A DNA stretch of 64,000 nucleotides from Chloroflexota bacterium (GTDB lineage: Bacteria; Chloroflexota; Dehalococcoidia; UBA2247; RBG-13-53-26), in the NCBI GenBank assembly GCA_016875915.1, contig VGOM01000007.1, forward strand, positions 1 to 64,000, written 5' to 3'. The translations under genes were made by a program, and so were the position numbers. The first letter of the stretch is position 1; the number at the start of each line of letters is the position of its first letter. Of the stretch, positions 1-10,448 are shown piece after piece. The notes beneath the pieces are model-generated. The model was not told the origin of the DNA. It ran no database searches and worked only from the letters and a program-made list of their open reading frames with translations.

Positions 1-12
1 GGCGACGGTGAA

Positions 13-177
13 GATGGCGAAGTACGAGTGTACGGCCTGTGGCTACATATACGATCCTGAGAAGGGCGATCCCGACGGCGGCATCCCACCGGGAACCCCC
101 TTCGAGAAGCTGCCGGACGACTGGACTTGCCCACAGTGCGGCGTGGGCAAGGACGAGTTCCAGAAGGTGAAGGACTA
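13..177 (+). CDS. Rubredoxin (53 aa, complete)
   Basis: Translation [52 protein letters not shown] has two CxxCG knuckles in the typical rubredoxin length and layout. ATG at 13, stop at 175-177. Confidence 0.9.
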
Positions 178-657
178 GCGGCTGAAGTCCAGGACACAGA
201 GTCCAGCGCCCTGGCAGATGCGGGACCGTGAGGTGTAGCGCAGCCTCTCATCGAACTCGGCCGCCCACGTGGAATACTCCGTGTCGCAGATGCGGGCGCC
301 AATCTTGCCAGACAGGGCCTCCCGGCCGGACTTGATCATGGCATCGTGCCAGGGGCAGCGGCTGATGCTGATGCGGAGTCCATCAGGGGAGCGCCGCTCC
401 ACCTGAAAGGCGAAGCCCTCCACACCCAGCTTGGCGGCGAAGCACTCCAGAAAGGCCTCCTCGCCTCCGGTCCGCTTCAGCATTCCCTTGAGCGTCCGGG
501 CCTGGATCTTGGGGAAGACCTTCCACACCTCATCATCAACGTCCAGGGCGGCGTCGAAGCCGAATCTCTCCTCCAGCTTCATGAACCACAGTCCATCGAT
601 GGCGGTGTAGCTGCGTCGGAAGAACTCGGCGGTCTGCTCCGGGCTCAACTCGGTCAT
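175..657 (-). CDS. Uncharacterised conserved-domain protein, a single copy of the domain that is tandemly duplicated in 57696..58865
   Basis: Start taken at MTELSPEQ inside the 188-aa ORF. Shares the pattern hhxDxxWFxxVxxRxGxDxAxxxDxxxW ... CxxhxxhxxxxxxhxxxC with both halves of the 389-aa protein at 57696..58865. Confidence 0.6.
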   Translation of the reverse strand: MTELSPEQTAEFFRRSYTAIDGLWFMKLEERFGFDAALDVDDEVWKVFPKIQARTLKGMLKRTGGEEAFLECFAAKLGVEGFAFQVERRSPDGLRISISRCPWHDAMIKSGREALSGKIGARICDTEYSTWAAEFDERLRYTSRSRICQGAGLCVLDFSR

Positions 658-785
658 GGTCGACTCCTCCCCGGCAATGGCGAAACCGGCGGGGTACTCA
701 CATCCCGGGACAAGAATAGGATAATCAGCCGTGCAACACAAATGATGCGCCGGCCAATTAGAACAAGCAAGGTAAATCGACTATA

Positions 786-1379
786 ATGCTTCCCATGCAA
801 AATCCCGAACCCGAACCGGAAGTCCGCGCGCCACGGAAGGGGCAGATGAGGATCAACCTGCGCGAGATCCTGATCATGGCCCTCATCTTCCTGGTGGTCT
901 TCGCAGCAGTGCAGTTCGGCGTGCAGAGCTTCAGGGTGGACGGTCCAAGCATGGAGCCATCCTTCACCGAGGGCGAGTTCATCATGGTGAACAAACTGAC
1001 CTACCACTTCAGCGACCCGCGGAGGGGCGACGTGATCATCTTCGACCCGCCATTCTCATCCAGCTACCCGTTCATCAAGAGAGTGGTCGGCCTGCCCGGC
1101 GAAACGGTGGAGATCAGGCACGGCGACATCTACATCAACGGCCGCCTGTTGAACGAGACGCCCACCATGGGCGATCCCAACAGGGACATAGGACCGATGC
1201 GAGTGGAGAAGGGCCACTACTTCGTCCTGGGCGACAACCGTGACAACAGCCGCGACTCCTCCGAGGGCTGGACGGTGCCGCGCGACAACATCATCGGCAG
1301 GAGCTGGATGGTCTACTGGCCCCTGTCGCACTTGGGCCTGTCGCCGGGCTACTCGTACACCCTGGGCACCGTGGCCTAG
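786..1379 (+). CDS. lepB: Signal peptidase I
   Basis: N-terminal TM helix, then SMEPS(F) box, GDVIIF, KRVVGLPGE, GDNRDNSRDS motifs. An alternative start at MRINL (846) is possible. Confidence 0.9.
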   Translation: MLPMQNPEPEPEVRAPRKGQMRINLREILIMALIFLVVFAAVQFGVQSFRVDGPSMEPSFTEGEFIMVNKLTYHFSDPRRGDVIIFDPPFSSSYPFIKRVVGLPGETVEIRHGDIYINGRLLNETPTMGDPNRDIGPMRVEKGHYFVLGDNRDNSRDSSEGWTVPRDNIIGRSWMVYWPLSHLGLSPGYSYTLGTVA

Positions 1380-1442
1380 CCCGGCCAACGCCGGAGACCA
1401 AGAAGGGCGCCGGGGCGAAGGCGCCGGACAAAGGAAGGAGAC

Positions 1443-3407
1443 TTGACCGTGAAGCACCTGAAGAAGCTGTTCACTCCCCTCAGGATCGGCTCCGTGGAGC
1501 TGAAGAACCGGATCGTCATGGCACCGATGACCACCACCTGGGCTCCCAACGACGGCACGGTGCCGGACAAGATGATCGACTACTGGGAGGAACGGGCCAA
1601 GGGCGGAGTAGGGCTGATCATCTTCGAAACGGTGGTTGTGGATTCTGCCCATCCATATATAGTCCAGAGCGTGGGACTGTGGGATGACAAGCTCATCCCC
1701 AGCTTCAAGAGACTCGTCGACGCCATGCATGCCCACGGCGCCAAGGTGGCGCCCCAGATCTCCCACCCCGGCCCGGAGTCTTTCGGATGGATATACGGTG
1801 TCCAGCCCGTGGGGCCCTCGGCTGTGGTCAGCAAGAGGCACGGGCAGGTCTGCCGGGAGCTGACCCTGGAGGAGATCAAGAAGATCATCGAGCAGTACGG
1901 GGATGCGGCCAGACGCGCGAGGGAGGCGGGCTGCGACTGCATGGAGTTGCATGCGGCCCACAGGTACATGCTGGCGGGGTCATTCCTGTCACCGCTGCGC
2001 AATCAGCGCACGGATGAGTACGGCGGGGGCATCGATGGGCGGCTGAAGTTCGTCCTGGAAGTGGTGGAGAACATCAAGAAGAAGGCGGGGAAGGACTTCC
2101 CGATCATCATGCGCATGTCCGGCGACGAGCACATGGCCGGGGGCAGGGACTTGGCAGACTCGCTGTACATCACACCGAAGCTGGCCGAGGCAGGCGTGGA
2201 CGCCTTTGAGATCTCCGGAGGGGTGGACCCAGACGACACCTACCGGGTGCTGCCCTGCATGGGCATGCCGCCCGGGGCCAATGTGCCCCAGGCAGCCGCC
2301 ATCAAGCAGGTGGTGGATGTGCCCGTGCTGGTGGTGGGCAAGATCACCGACCCGCGGTTCGCCGATGACGTCCTGATCAAGGGCTACGCCGACGCCATAG
2401 TCATGGGAAGAGCCCTCATCGCCGACCCGGAACTGCCCAACAAGGCCAAGGCAGGCCATTTCGAGGACATCGCTCCCTGCACCAGTTGCGGCCAGGGCTG
2501 TCTGCGGATGGGCCTGACCTTTGAAGCCTTCACCTGCGTCATCAATCCCACTGTGGGCAGAGAGAAGGAGATGGCCATCACCCCGGCGGCCAAGCCCAAG
2601 AAGGTGCTGGTGGTCGGCGGCGGGCCGGGGGGCATGGAGGCGGCCCGCGTGGCGGCGATCAGGGGCCACAACGTGACGCTGTGGGAGACGGCCGCCAAGC
2701 TGGGCGGACAGCTCTGCCTGGCTCCCATCCCCCCCACGAAGCAGGATATGGCCAAGTGGGTGATCTACCTCTCCGCCCAGATGAAGAAGGCCAAGGTCAA
2801 GGTGGAACTGAACAGGGAGGCCACGGCGGAGTCCATCGTGGACTTCAAGCCGGATGTGGTCATCGTGGCCACCGGCGGCAAGCCGCTCATCCCGCCCATT
2901 CCGGGCATCGAGGGGAAGAAGGTGGTCACGGCCGCCGATGTCCTGGCCGGGAAGGTGGGCGTGGGCCGGGGCAATGCCCTGGTGGTGGGAGGCGGCATGG
3001 TAGGCTGCGAGGTGGCCGACTGGCTGGCCAGCCGGGGGCTGGACCAGACCACAGGGAGCGTCCACGTGACCATAGTGGAGATGCTGCAGGATATCGGCAT
3101 GGATGAAATCCCCCAGACCAGGATGCTGCTCATCCCCAGGCTGGAACAGAAGGGGGTGAAGTGGACTACCTCGGCCACGGTGAAAGAACTGACGGAGGAC
3201 GGCGCCGTGTACACCAAGGATGGCCGGGACGAGACCATCCGGGGCATGGAATTCATAATCATCGCCTGCGGGGCCGCTTCCGTCGATGACCTGAGCGAGA
3301 AGATCAAGGACAGAGTGCCCGAGGTTCATGTCATCGGCGACGCCAAGAAGGCCCGGAAGGCGCTGGAGGCCATCGCCGAGGCGGCGGAGATCGCCAGGAA
3401 GATCTGA
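1443..3407 (+). CDS. OYE-family NADH:flavin oxidoreductase fused to an FAD/NAD(P)-binding domain (2,4-dienoyl-CoA reductase / BaiCD-BaiH-like), paralog 1 of 3
   Basis: 654 aa. N-terminal TIM-barrel OYE motifs (RIVMAPM, HAAHRYML), central 4-Cys stretch (CTSCGQGCLRMG), C-terminal GGGPGG Rossmann motif. TTG/GTG start follows a GGAGG RBS. Confidence 0.85.
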   Translation: MTVKHLKKLFTPLRIGSVELKNRIVMAPMTTTWAPNDGTVPDKMIDYWEERAKGGVGLIIFETVVVDSAHPYIVQSVGLWDDKLIPSFKRLVDAMHAHGAKVAPQISHPGPESFGWIYGVQPVGPSAVVSKRHGQVCRELTLEEIKKIIEQYGDAARRAREAGCDCMELHAAHRYMLAGSFLSPLRNQRTDEYGGGIDGRLKFVLEVVENIKKKAGKDFPIIMRMSGDEHMAGGRDLADSLYITPKLAEAGVDAFEISGGVDPDDTYRVLPCMGMPPGANVPQAAAIKQVVDVPVLVVGKITDPRFADDVLIKGYADAIVMGRALIADPELPNKAKAGHFEDIAPCTSCGQGCLRMGLTFEAFTCVINPTVGREKEMAITPAAKPKKVLVVGGGPGGMEAARVAAIRGHNVTLWETAAKLGGQLCLAPIPPTKQDMAKWVIYLSAQMKKAKVKVELNREATAESIVDFKPDVVIVATGGKPLIPPIPGIEGKKVVTAADVLAGKVGVGRGNALVVGGGMVGCEVADWLASRGLDQTTGSVHVTIVEMLQDIGMDEIPQTRMLLIPRLEQKGVKWTTSATVKELTEDGAVYTKDGRDETIRGMEFIIIACGAASVDDLSEKIKDRVPEVHVIGDAKKARKALEAIAEAAEIARKI

Positions 3408-3519
3408 TCCCGCCTCTCCTCAGCTGTAGCCAGGGAGAGCGGGCGAGCACAATCGCCAAGGGAAGAGTGGGGTTTCTGAGCCGACTGCGGAGGCAGCGCT
3501 CCAGGCCGGGAGGGAAGAC

Positions 3520-4503
3520 ATGCTGGTGATCATGAAGAACGATGCCACGGAATCGCAGGTCGAGGCGGTGGTCCGGGAGATCAAACGCATGGGCTACCGG
3601 GGGATCCCCATACCGGGGGCCCTGCGAACGGCCGTGTGCATCACAGGGAATGAGGGCCCCGTTGACGATTCGCGCCTGCTGTCCATGAGCGGCGTCAAGG
3701 AGACCGTCCGGGTCACCAAGCCCTACAAGCTGGTCAGCAAGGAGACTCGCGCGCAGCCGACAGTCATCGTCGTCGGCCAGGTGGCCATCGGCGGCGGCAA
3801 GCCGGTGGTCATGGCGGGCCCCTGCGCCATCGAGAATGAGACACAGACGCTGACCATCGCCCGGATCGTGAAGGAGCACGGGGCCCAGGTCTTCCGCGGC
3901 GGAGCCTTCAAGCCGAGGACCTCGCCCTACAGCTTCCAGGGTCTGGGGGAGGAAGGCCTGCGACTGCTGAAGAAGGTCCGAGAAGAGACGGGGCTGCTGG
4001 TGATCACCGAGGCCATCGACCACACCAACCTGGAGCTGGTAGAGGAGTACGCCGACATCATCCAGATCGGGGCGAGGAACATGCAGAACTACTCCATCCT
4101 GCGCCGGGCAGGACGCTCGACACGGCCGATCCTGCTCAAGCGGGGCTTCGCGGCCACCATTGAGGAACTGCTGATGTCGGCCGAGTACGTCATGGCGGCG
4201 GGGAACACCGACGTCATCCTGTGCGAGCGGGGCATCCGGACCTTCGCCGATGTGACCAGAAACACCCTGGACCTGAGCGCCATACCCTCGATCAAGGAGC
4301 TGAGCCACCTCCCCGTCGTGGTTGACCCCAGCCATGCGGCCGGGCGGAGCGAGTACGTCATCCCTCTTTCCAGGGGGGCCATCGCCGTGGGCGCCGACGG
4401 CCTGCTGGTTGAAGTGCACCACGACCCGGCACACGCGCTCTCCGACGGCAGGCAATCGCTGGACGCCGAGCAGTTCGCATCGTTGATGCGCCAGATCACC
4501 TAG
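3520..4503 (+). CDS. 3-deoxy-7-phosphoheptulonate (DAHP) synthase, type I-beta with N-terminal regulatory domain
   Basis: KDO8P/DAHP-synthase core motifs ([34 protein letters not shown]) after a ~90-aa N-terminal extension. GGGAGGGAAG RBS. Confidence 0.85.
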   Translation: MLVIMKNDATESQVEAVVREIKRMGYRGIPIPGALRTAVCITGNEGPVDDSRLLSMSGVKETVRVTKPYKLVSKETRAQPTVIVVGQVAIGGGKPVVMAGPCAIENETQTLTIARIVKEHGAQVFRGGAFKPRTSPYSFQGLGEEGLRLLKKVREETGLLVITEAIDHTNLELVEEYADIIQIGARNMQNYSILRRAGRSTRPILLKRGFAATIEELLMSAEYVMAAGNTDVILCERGIRTFADVTRNTLDLSAIPSIKELSHLPVVVDPSHAAGRSEYVIPLSRGAIAVGADGLLVEVHHDPAHALSDGRQSLDAEQFASLMRQIT

Positions 4504-4531
4504 AGCAGGCCGGGACCGGCGAGGCAGAGCT

Positions 4532-5089
4532 TTGGAGTCCTTCCACTACACGAAGGTTCCTTCCCCTTTTGGGGGACTGGCCATCCTCTGGCGGCAGGGA
4601 GACGGCGGGCCGGAGGTGCACCGGATCCTCCTGCCCAACGAGACAGGCCGAGCCGGGTCCGGGACTCGACAGAGCTTCGTCCACGCGACGCCCGCATCGT
4701 GCTCCGTCATCGCCAGCCTGGGGGAACGCATCCAACGCTGCCTCGAAGGGGAAGCGGTGGAGTTCGACCTGGCTGCCATGGCGCTTGACTCCTGCTCCGG
4801 ATTCCAGCGGAGGGTCCTTCTGGCCGACTACGGCATCCCCAGAGGCTGGGTGAGCACCTACGGCAGGGTGGCCCGCAGCCTGGGCTGTCCCGCCGGGGGC
4901 AGGGCGGTTGGGGGCGCTCTGGCGCACAACCCGTTCCCCATCGTCATCCCCTGTCACCGGGTGGTCAGAGCCAACCTGGAGCTGGGGGGCTTCGGGGGCG
5001 GCCTCGCCATGAAGCGGGCCCTGCTGGAACTGGAGGGCCTGAAGCTCTCGGAATCGGGGCAGGTGCTCACCGACAGGATCTTCTACTGA
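4532..5089 (+). CDS. ogt: Methylated-DNA-protein-cysteine methyltransferase
   Basis: IPCHRVV active-site motif, YGxxA and ALxxNP motifs. N-terminal Ada/Ogt-type domain present. TTG start at 4532 is uncertain. Confidence 0.8.
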   Translation: MESFHYTKVPSPFGGLAILWRQGDGGPEVHRILLPNETGRAGSGTRQSFVHATPASCSVIASLGERIQRCLEGEAVEFDLAAMALDSCSGFQRRVLLADYGIPRGWVSTYGRVARSLGCPAGGRAVGGALAHNPFPIVIPCHRVVRANLELGGFGGGLAMKRALLELEGLKLSESGQVLTDRIFY

Positions 5090-5144
5090 CCGCCCCATGG
5101 GGGTGATGGCGGGAGATGGGCCCCCGGATCACGGATGGCAGCCC

Positions 5145-5714
5145 TCAGAGAATATGGGTCAGCAGGATTCTGAGGCCGATGCCGATGAGGATAAGCCCGC
5201 CAACCGCTTCCGCCCATTCCCCCAGGATATGACCCGCCTTTCTGCCCAGCAGGAAGCCCAAGGCAGTGATGGCAAAGGCCACCCCTCCGATGGTCAGGGC
5301 AGCCAGGGCGATGTTCACCTCCAGGAAGGCGAAACTGAGGCCGACGGCCAGGGCGTCGATGCTGGTGGCCACGGCCAGGACCAGCAGGGCAAGCCCTCTG
5401 GTGGCATCCCTGGTTCCGGCTTCGGACTCTTCTGAATGCAGGGACTCCCAGAGCATACGGCCACCGATGACGGCCAGCAGACCGAAGGCCACCCAGTGGT
5501 CGTAGGAGGCGATGAAGTCCACTATGGTGCTCCCCACAGCCCAACCGATGGCAGTCATGAGGGTCTGGGCCACTCCAAAGGCCAGGGCGGTGCGGAGCAT
5601 CCGCCGGGAGGAAGGGCTGGCGGCGGAGATGCTCACTGCCATCGTCACGGCAAAGCAGTCGGCAGACAGACCGACGGCTATGAGCAAGAGGGAGGTCAGA
5701 TCCACCTGAGCCAT
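5145..5714 (-). CDS. mntP: Manganese efflux pump MntP
   Basis: 189-aa polytopic membrane protein with two DUF204-type repeats (SxDxFAV ... SIDALAVG). Confidence 0.75.
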   Translation of the reverse strand: MAQVDLTSLLLIAVGLSADCFAVTMAVSISAASPSSRRMLRTALAFGVAQTLMTAIGWAVGSTIVDFIASYDHWVAFGLLAVIGGRMLWESLHSEESEAGTRDATRGLALLVLAVATSIDALAVGLSFAFLEVNIALAALTIGGVAFAITALGFLLGRKAGHILGEWAEAVGGLILIGIGLRILLTHIL

Positions 5715-5842
5715 CGCACCAGTGTACGGTCAGGCCGGGCATTTGCCAAATCGCTCCGCCCGCAGGTGCGGGGCAAGGTGCCAGGCGAGGGCTGGACTTC
5801 GGCCCGGGAATGGGAGAGAATGGCTGCAGCCGGGAGTAGGGA

Positions 5843-6559
5843 ATGCCTGTGCTCTTCTTCGTAGTCCTGATCTGCGTGCTGATCGCCGGGGGCATCGCCT
5901 TCGCCATCTGGCGCCGCCGGCTGAGAGAGAAACGCATGATGGCGCTGGCCATGTGGGCTGAGTCCAACGGCTTCAGCTTCCGGGCCACGGTGGACAGGGG
6001 CATGCACTGGCGCTTCAGGGACTTCCGTTGCCTTCAGCGGGGCGACGACCGCTACGGCTACAACATCATGGAGGGAACGGCAGGCAAACGGCCGGTGTGC
6101 GCCTTCGACTACCACTATGAGACCCACTCATCGGGCAGCAAGGGACAGCGGCAGACGCACCACCACCACATGTCAGCCCTGGTCATGGAATCCGGCCTGC
6201 CGCTCAAACCGTTGTTCATCCGTCCCGAGGGCTTCCTCGACCAGGTGGCGGAGTTCGTCGGATTCGACGACATCGACTTCGAGTCGGCGGAGTTCAGCAA
6301 GCGATTCCTGGTCAAGTCGCCCGACCGCCGCTGGGCCTATGACGTGCTGCACCAGAAGACGATGGAGTTGATGCTGGCTCATCCCAACTTCACCCTGGAC
6401 TTCCAGGGGAGCCAGATCATGGCCTACCGCGACAACAAGACCCTCGCTCCGGGGGAGTTCAGCGCAGCCCTGAAGCTGATCGCGGTGATCCTGGACAACC
6501 TGCCCGAATCCGTGGTCCGGGAGCAGAGGAGCGTCAATACGGAGGTCCGACAAACATGA
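5843..6559 (+). CDS. Membrane-anchored protein, DUF3137-like LemA partner
   Basis: N-terminal TM helix plus a soluble domain with an internal His run. Its stop overlaps the lemA start. DUF3137 is recalled from memory and unverified. Confidence 0.5.
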   Translation: MPVLFFVVLICVLIAGGIAFAIWRRRLREKRMMALAMWAESNGFSFRATVDRGMHWRFRDFRCLQRGDDRYGYNIMEGTAGKRPVCAFDYHYETHSSGSKGQRQTHHHHMSALVMESGLPLKPLFIRPEGFLDQVAEFVGFDDIDFESAEFSKRFLVKSPDRRWAYDVLHQKTMELMLAHPNFTLDFQGSQIMAYRDNKTLAPGEFSAALKLIAVILDNLPESVVREQRSVNTEVRQT

Positions 6560-7116
6560 ATCCAATAGCCATCGCCGTCCTGGCCGTTGTGGTCCTGCTG
6601 ATACTTTGGGTGGCCTTCATGTACAACTCGCTGATCCGGGGCCGCAATCACTGCGACGAAGCGTGGTCCAACATCGACACCGAACTCAAGCGGCGCTACG
6701 ACCTGATCCCCAACCTGGTGAACGCGGTCAAGGGATACGCCGCGCACGAGAGGGAGGTGATGGAGCGGGTGACCCAGGCCCGGACCAACGCCATAGCCAG
6801 CCAGGGCTCGCCGGCCTCGCAGGCTAGGGACGAGAACGTGCTGGTGGACAGCCTGCGCCGTCTGCTGGCGGTGGTCGAGAAGTACCCCGACCTGAAGGCC
6901 AATCAGAACTTCCTGTCCCTGCAGGAGGAACTGGTCAACACCGAAGACCGCATCCAGAGGGCGCGGCGGTTCTACAACGGCAATGTGCGGGACTACAACA
7001 ACCGCGTGGAGGTCCTGCCCTCCAACATCGTGGCGAAGTGCTTCGGCCTGAAGAAACGGGAGTTCTTCGAGATCGAGGCCGCCGTGGAGCGGGCAGCACC
7101 TGCGGTGAAGATCTGA
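6556..7116 (+). CDS. lemA: LemA family protein
   Basis: N-terminal TM helix plus YNSLIxxRNxCDEAWSNIDTELKRRYDLIPNLV and EKYPDLKANQNF motifs typical of LemA. Confidence 0.85.
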   Translation: MNPIAIAVLAVVVLLILWVAFMYNSLIRGRNHCDEAWSNIDTELKRRYDLIPNLVNAVKGYAAHEREVMERVTQARTNAIASQGSPASQARDENVLVDSLRRLLAVVEKYPDLKANQNFLSLQEELVNTEDRIQRARRFYNGNVRDYNNRVEVLPSNIVAKCFGLKKREFFEIEAAVERAAPAVKI

Positions 7117-7161
7117 AGCAGGGCAACACCCTGCGTCAGGTGAGAGACGTCCACCTGGGCT

Positions 7162-7920
7162 TCAGATCCTGGCCGCCAGACCGCTGATGAAAGCCGTGAG
7201 GTTCCTCTCTGCGCGCCGCGCGCTTCTGAAGAGGGTGAACACGTTGATCAGGTACCACGGGTGGAGAAGGAAGGAAACCGCAGCCCTCTTCCAGAGGAGT
7301 CTGCCGTCCGCAGTGAGAACCCGGTCGAAGGGTTGGACGCCCTGCCGCGTTGTGTCCGAAATGGACCGAATGGCGATGAAGGGCACCCCCCGGGCGGAGG
7401 CTATCCTGGCAATCCAGTAGCTCTCCATATCGACGATGTCCGCCCGCAGGCCAATGCCGAGCGCCTGCGTCTTCTGAGTGCCGGAGGCCAGATGCCTCAC
7501 CGTGACACCGGTGCCAAGGAGGACGCGGGGCACCCCCTGCCCTGCCGTCTCTGAGGCCAGGGCGAGCAGCCGGGCATCGGCATGACAGGCCTCAGACTCC
7601 CCCTCCCACCCCAGAGGTCCGGACGCGCAATGCAGGGTCGAGCAGACAATCACGTCACCGATGGCCAAGTCCCGACTCAGCGCCCCGGCGAAGCCCAAGG
7701 AGATCACAGCGGTGACCGGGTAGCGCTGCAGAGCAAGATGAGCCGCAGCAGCAGCCTTCTCCCTGCCCATCCCGGTCCGTGCCAGGAGGCAGTCCCGGCC
7801 TTCCAGCCTGCCCCGGTACACCTTGCCGCCCGGGCCGGCGATGACCTCCTCAATGGCCATCCTTCCCCGCAGGCCAGCTATCTCCTGGTCGAATGCACCC
7901 AACAGAGCCAGCATCGGCAC
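7162..7920 (-). CDS. Nucleoside phosphorylase family protein (MTA/SAH nucleosidase, futalosine hydrolase or HpnG-like)
   Basis: PNP_UDP_1-type fold signals: GMGREKAAAAAHLAL, VISLGFAGAL, DMESYWIARIA, FIAIRSISD. Confidence 0.65.
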   Translation of the reverse strand: MPMLALLGAFDQEIAGLRGRMAIEEVIAGPGGKVYRGRLEGRDCLLARTGMGREKAAAAAHLALQRYPVTAVISLGFAGALSRDLAIGDVIVCSTLHCASGPLGWEGESEACHADARLLALASETAGQGVPRVLLGTGVTVRHLASGTQKTQALGIGLRADIVDMESYWIARIASARGVPFIAIRSISDTTRQGVQPFDRVLTADGRLLWKRAAVSFLLHPWYLINVFTLFRSARRAERNLTAFISGLAARI

Positions 7921-7965
7921 CCCAAGGCGAGCAGACGATGACTTGTGCCGTCGTCGGCTGCCGGG

Positions 7966-9939
7966 CTAGGTCTTCTCGGCGGGTTTCTGGCCGAAGTACT
8001 TCATGAGTATGCCGGCCAAGCCGTCAACTGATGACCCACCGGAGACCATCACGTCCGGTACGAACTTGAGGTTCTTCTCGGCGAGCTGCCCGATGGTGTT
8101 CACCAGCACGGCTCCATCCTGTCCCAGAGCCGTCTGCTGGGCCTGGTAGCCCTTGGCCTTGCCGACACCGATGGCCTCGAAGGCGGCGCCATCGCCCTTC
8201 CCGATAGCTTCCCGGGAGGATCCTTCGCCTTTGCCGATGGCTTCCCTCTTGGCTCCTTCGGCCTTGCCCATCCTCTCGGTGTAGAAGGCTTCGCCATCGG
8301 CTTCGGCCTTCCTCTGCTCAGCCTTGTTCTTCTGAATGGACACGCCCACTTCGGCAGCGGCCAACTCGGCCTGTTTGTCCGCAGTACCCCGGGACTTCTC
8401 TGTCTGAATGCGCTGCTGCTGGGCCTCCTGCTGCTTCTTGTACGTAGCGATCTCCTGGTTGGCGATCTCTCTGGCAGTCAGGACATTGACTAGCTGCTCA
8501 GGCAGAACAACGTCCTGGATGTAGACACCCCTCGTTTCCACTTTGTACTGGTCAAGCTTGGTCTGAACATGCTCGAAGGCTTCTTCCTGAACCCGCTGCC
8601 TGGTTTCGATGAACTGAACGGCCGGCATGCTCTGCAACTTGTCCCTGAAGTGATTGCCCACAGCCCCCTGGAGCACCTCGTCGACCAGGTTGAGCATGGT
8701 GCCGACCATGGAAATGACCACGGGGGCGTTTCTGTCGGAGACGTGGATCTGAACCTGGAGGTCGATGCTGAACTTGAAGCCCTCTCTGCTCTTGGCCAGG
8801 ATGGTGGACAGGTTGGCGTCGAGCTTGTGCGCCCGAGACCGGGCCTCGGCCCAGTTGAGGGTGAGTATGGCAGTGGGAACGACCTCGGCGTTGTAGCAGT
8901 GGGGATTGATAGGGTATTTCCCCGTCCTGAGAGGCTCTCTCCATATCCCACGGTGCCCCGGACGGACCAGTGTGCCGAACTTGAACTCCTCTCCGGTGAC
9001 GCTCTCCGACGGCAGGCCGACGTAGGACTTGATGACGGCGACCTCGCCCTGCTCCACCACCAGCATGGGAACCTTCTGGACAGAGACCAGGAAGGGATTG
9101 AGGTTGTACGCGCCGTAGAGAAGGACGTCGTGCTGCAGACCAATCTTGCCGCCGCTGTCGAGGAAGGTCTGGAAGTCCTGGTAGTTGTTGTGGACGCTGT
9201 TCTTGCTGCCGAGGACAGCTTCGATGATGTCTATGTCCCCCTGAGTTGCCTCCAGGGCCCTGATCTCGCCGAATCCGCCGATTCGGCTGGCGATATCACC
9301 GGCCAGGAGGGGATCACCCTCGTAGGTGGTGACCACCCCGACCATGTCCTTCCCGCTGGCGTCAGGGGTAATGACCACTACTCCAAGCTGGTCAGGAGTG
9401 AGCCCGAAGTGCTTCGGCTTGAGTTCCTCCTTGGTATTCAGTAGTTCGGGAAGGATGGGCACGCCATAGACACTCTGTCTGGTGAGCACCAGGAATGCCA
9501 CCGGATGTATGGGGGCGGCGGTTCCCGGCGGCAATACCGGCCTTTGAACGCCCTTCTGGCCGCCGTTTTCGATGAAGGCCTTGAGGCTGGTGAAGTTGGA
9601 GAACTCCTTCTTGTAGACCGCCGACTTGGCCCCGATGGGCAGCGGATCGCCAACCTGAGCGATGACCACGCCGATTTCGCCCGCTGGAACCTGGACCCAG
9701 GGATGGCGTTCCACGGAATACACCGGCCAGAATCTGAAGAAGAATCCGGGCATGATGAGCCCCGCCTGGTAGCCAGCTTCTCCTTCGAAGCCTATGGGGT
9801 TGTCCTCCGGCAGTTTCTTGCCGAAGCGTTTGCGCACCAGGCCAACTTCCAGCGCCCCGATGAACCCTGTGGAAGGATAGATGAGGACAACAGCGATGAC
9901 AACGAGGGCAATCGAACCGAGAACGATCCCCAGAACCAT
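7966..9939 (-). CDS. Flotillin-like SPFH/band-7 membrane protein
   Basis: 657 aa. N-terminal TM helix and a long C-terminal Glu/Ala/Lys/Gln-rich coiled-coil repeat region (KQQEAQQQRIQTEK ... AEQRKAEADGEAF) typical of bacterial flotillins (YqiK/FloT-like). Confidence 0.6.
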   Translation of the reverse strand: MVLGIVLGSIALVVIAVVLIYPSTGFIGALEVGLVRKRFGKKLPEDNPIGFEGEAGYQAGLIMPGFFFRFWPVYSVERHPWVQVPAGEIGVVIAQVGDPLPIGAKSAVYKKEFSNFTSLKAFIENGGQKGVQRPVLPPGTAAPIHPVAFLVLTRQSVYGVPILPELLNTKEELKPKHFGLTPDQLGVVVITPDASGKDMVGVVTTYEGDPLLAGDIASRIGGFGEIRALEATQGDIDIIEAVLGSKNSVHNNYQDFQTFLDSGGKIGLQHDVLLYGAYNLNPFLVSVQKVPMLVVEQGEVAVIKSYVGLPSESVTGEEFKFGTLVRPGHRGIWREPLRTGKYPINPHCYNAEVVPTAILTLNWAEARSRAHKLDANLSTILAKSREGFKFSIDLQVQIHVSDRNAPVVISMVGTMLNLVDEVLQGAVGNHFRDKLQSMPAVQFIETRQRVQEEAFEHVQTKLDQYKVETRGVYIQDVVLPEQLVNVLTAREIANQEIATYKKQQEAQQQRIQTEKSRGTADKQAELAAAEVGVSIQKNKAEQRKAEADGEAFYTERMGKAEGAKREAIGKGEGSSREAIGKGDGAAFEAIGVGKAKGYQAQQTALGQDGAVLVNTIGQLAEKNLKFVPDVMVSGGSSVDGLAGILMKYFGQKPAEKT

Positions 9940-10105
9940 GATTCACCTCCTGGCTATGGCAATCCCGTTGTTGTCGGCGGCGCCGGCGGCGGAGCATGGG
10001 CGAGCCCGCCGATAGTGCCTGCAACTACCGTATGCGAATGGTAGGCAGGCAGCGACTCGGATGTCAAGTGAGCGCAGAAGGCCGCCGGACCGGCGGCGGT
10101 TTGCG

Positions 10106-10134
10106 TTTGACAATGGATTGGCCTGTGGTAGTAT
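10106..10134 (+). promoter_or_regulatory. Candidate sigma70-type promoter for the small ORF at 10167
   Basis: TTGACA at 10106-10111, 16-17-nt spacer, TAGTAT at 10128-10133, about 33 nt upstream of the GTG start. Confidence 0.3.
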
Positions 10135-10166
10135 TGCGCCTAGACAAGCACTGAGGAGGCACTAGC

Positions 10167-10316
10167 GTGTTCTGTGGCACTGGCCCATGTGCATGGGGCT
10201 TCTGGACCGGCGTAGGCATACTGATAGGGGCCGCCGCCTCAGGGGTGGGGCTTCTGGGCTTTCTGCTCTACCGCCGACTGAAGAAGCCCGGCAAGCCGTC
10301 CACGGCTCAACAGTAG
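10167..10316 (+). CDS. Small hydrophobic peptide (49 aa) with CGTGPC motif, one TM helix and a basic tail
   Basis: GTG start 7 nt after a GGAGG RBS. Translation VFCGTGPCAWGFWTGVGILIGAAASGVGLLGFLLYRRLKKPGKPSTAQQ. Not in the ORF track because it is short and GTG-initiated. Confidence 0.4.
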   Translation: MFCGTGPCAWGFWTGVGILIGAAASGVGLLGFLLYRRLKKPGKPSTAQQ

Positions 10317-10448
10317 CTGGTTTCCCCCTCCCCAGCAGACGATTCCACAGCGTCAGCGCGACTGATTCCCTCTCATCACACGGTCGCTGGCATGCGCACC
10401 TCAAGCTCCGGGCGGAGTCAGACCCCCGTGCCGGAATCGCCCCACCCA

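Noticed and set aside
1056-4455. Long antisense ORFs (1056..1961, 1989..3329, 3331..4455 on the minus strand) overlapping the OYE and DAHP synthase genes
   Set aside because: Their translations are Arg/Pro/Gly/His-rich low complexity, typical of spurious open frames opposite real genes in high-GC DNA. The sense-strand products have clear family motifs.
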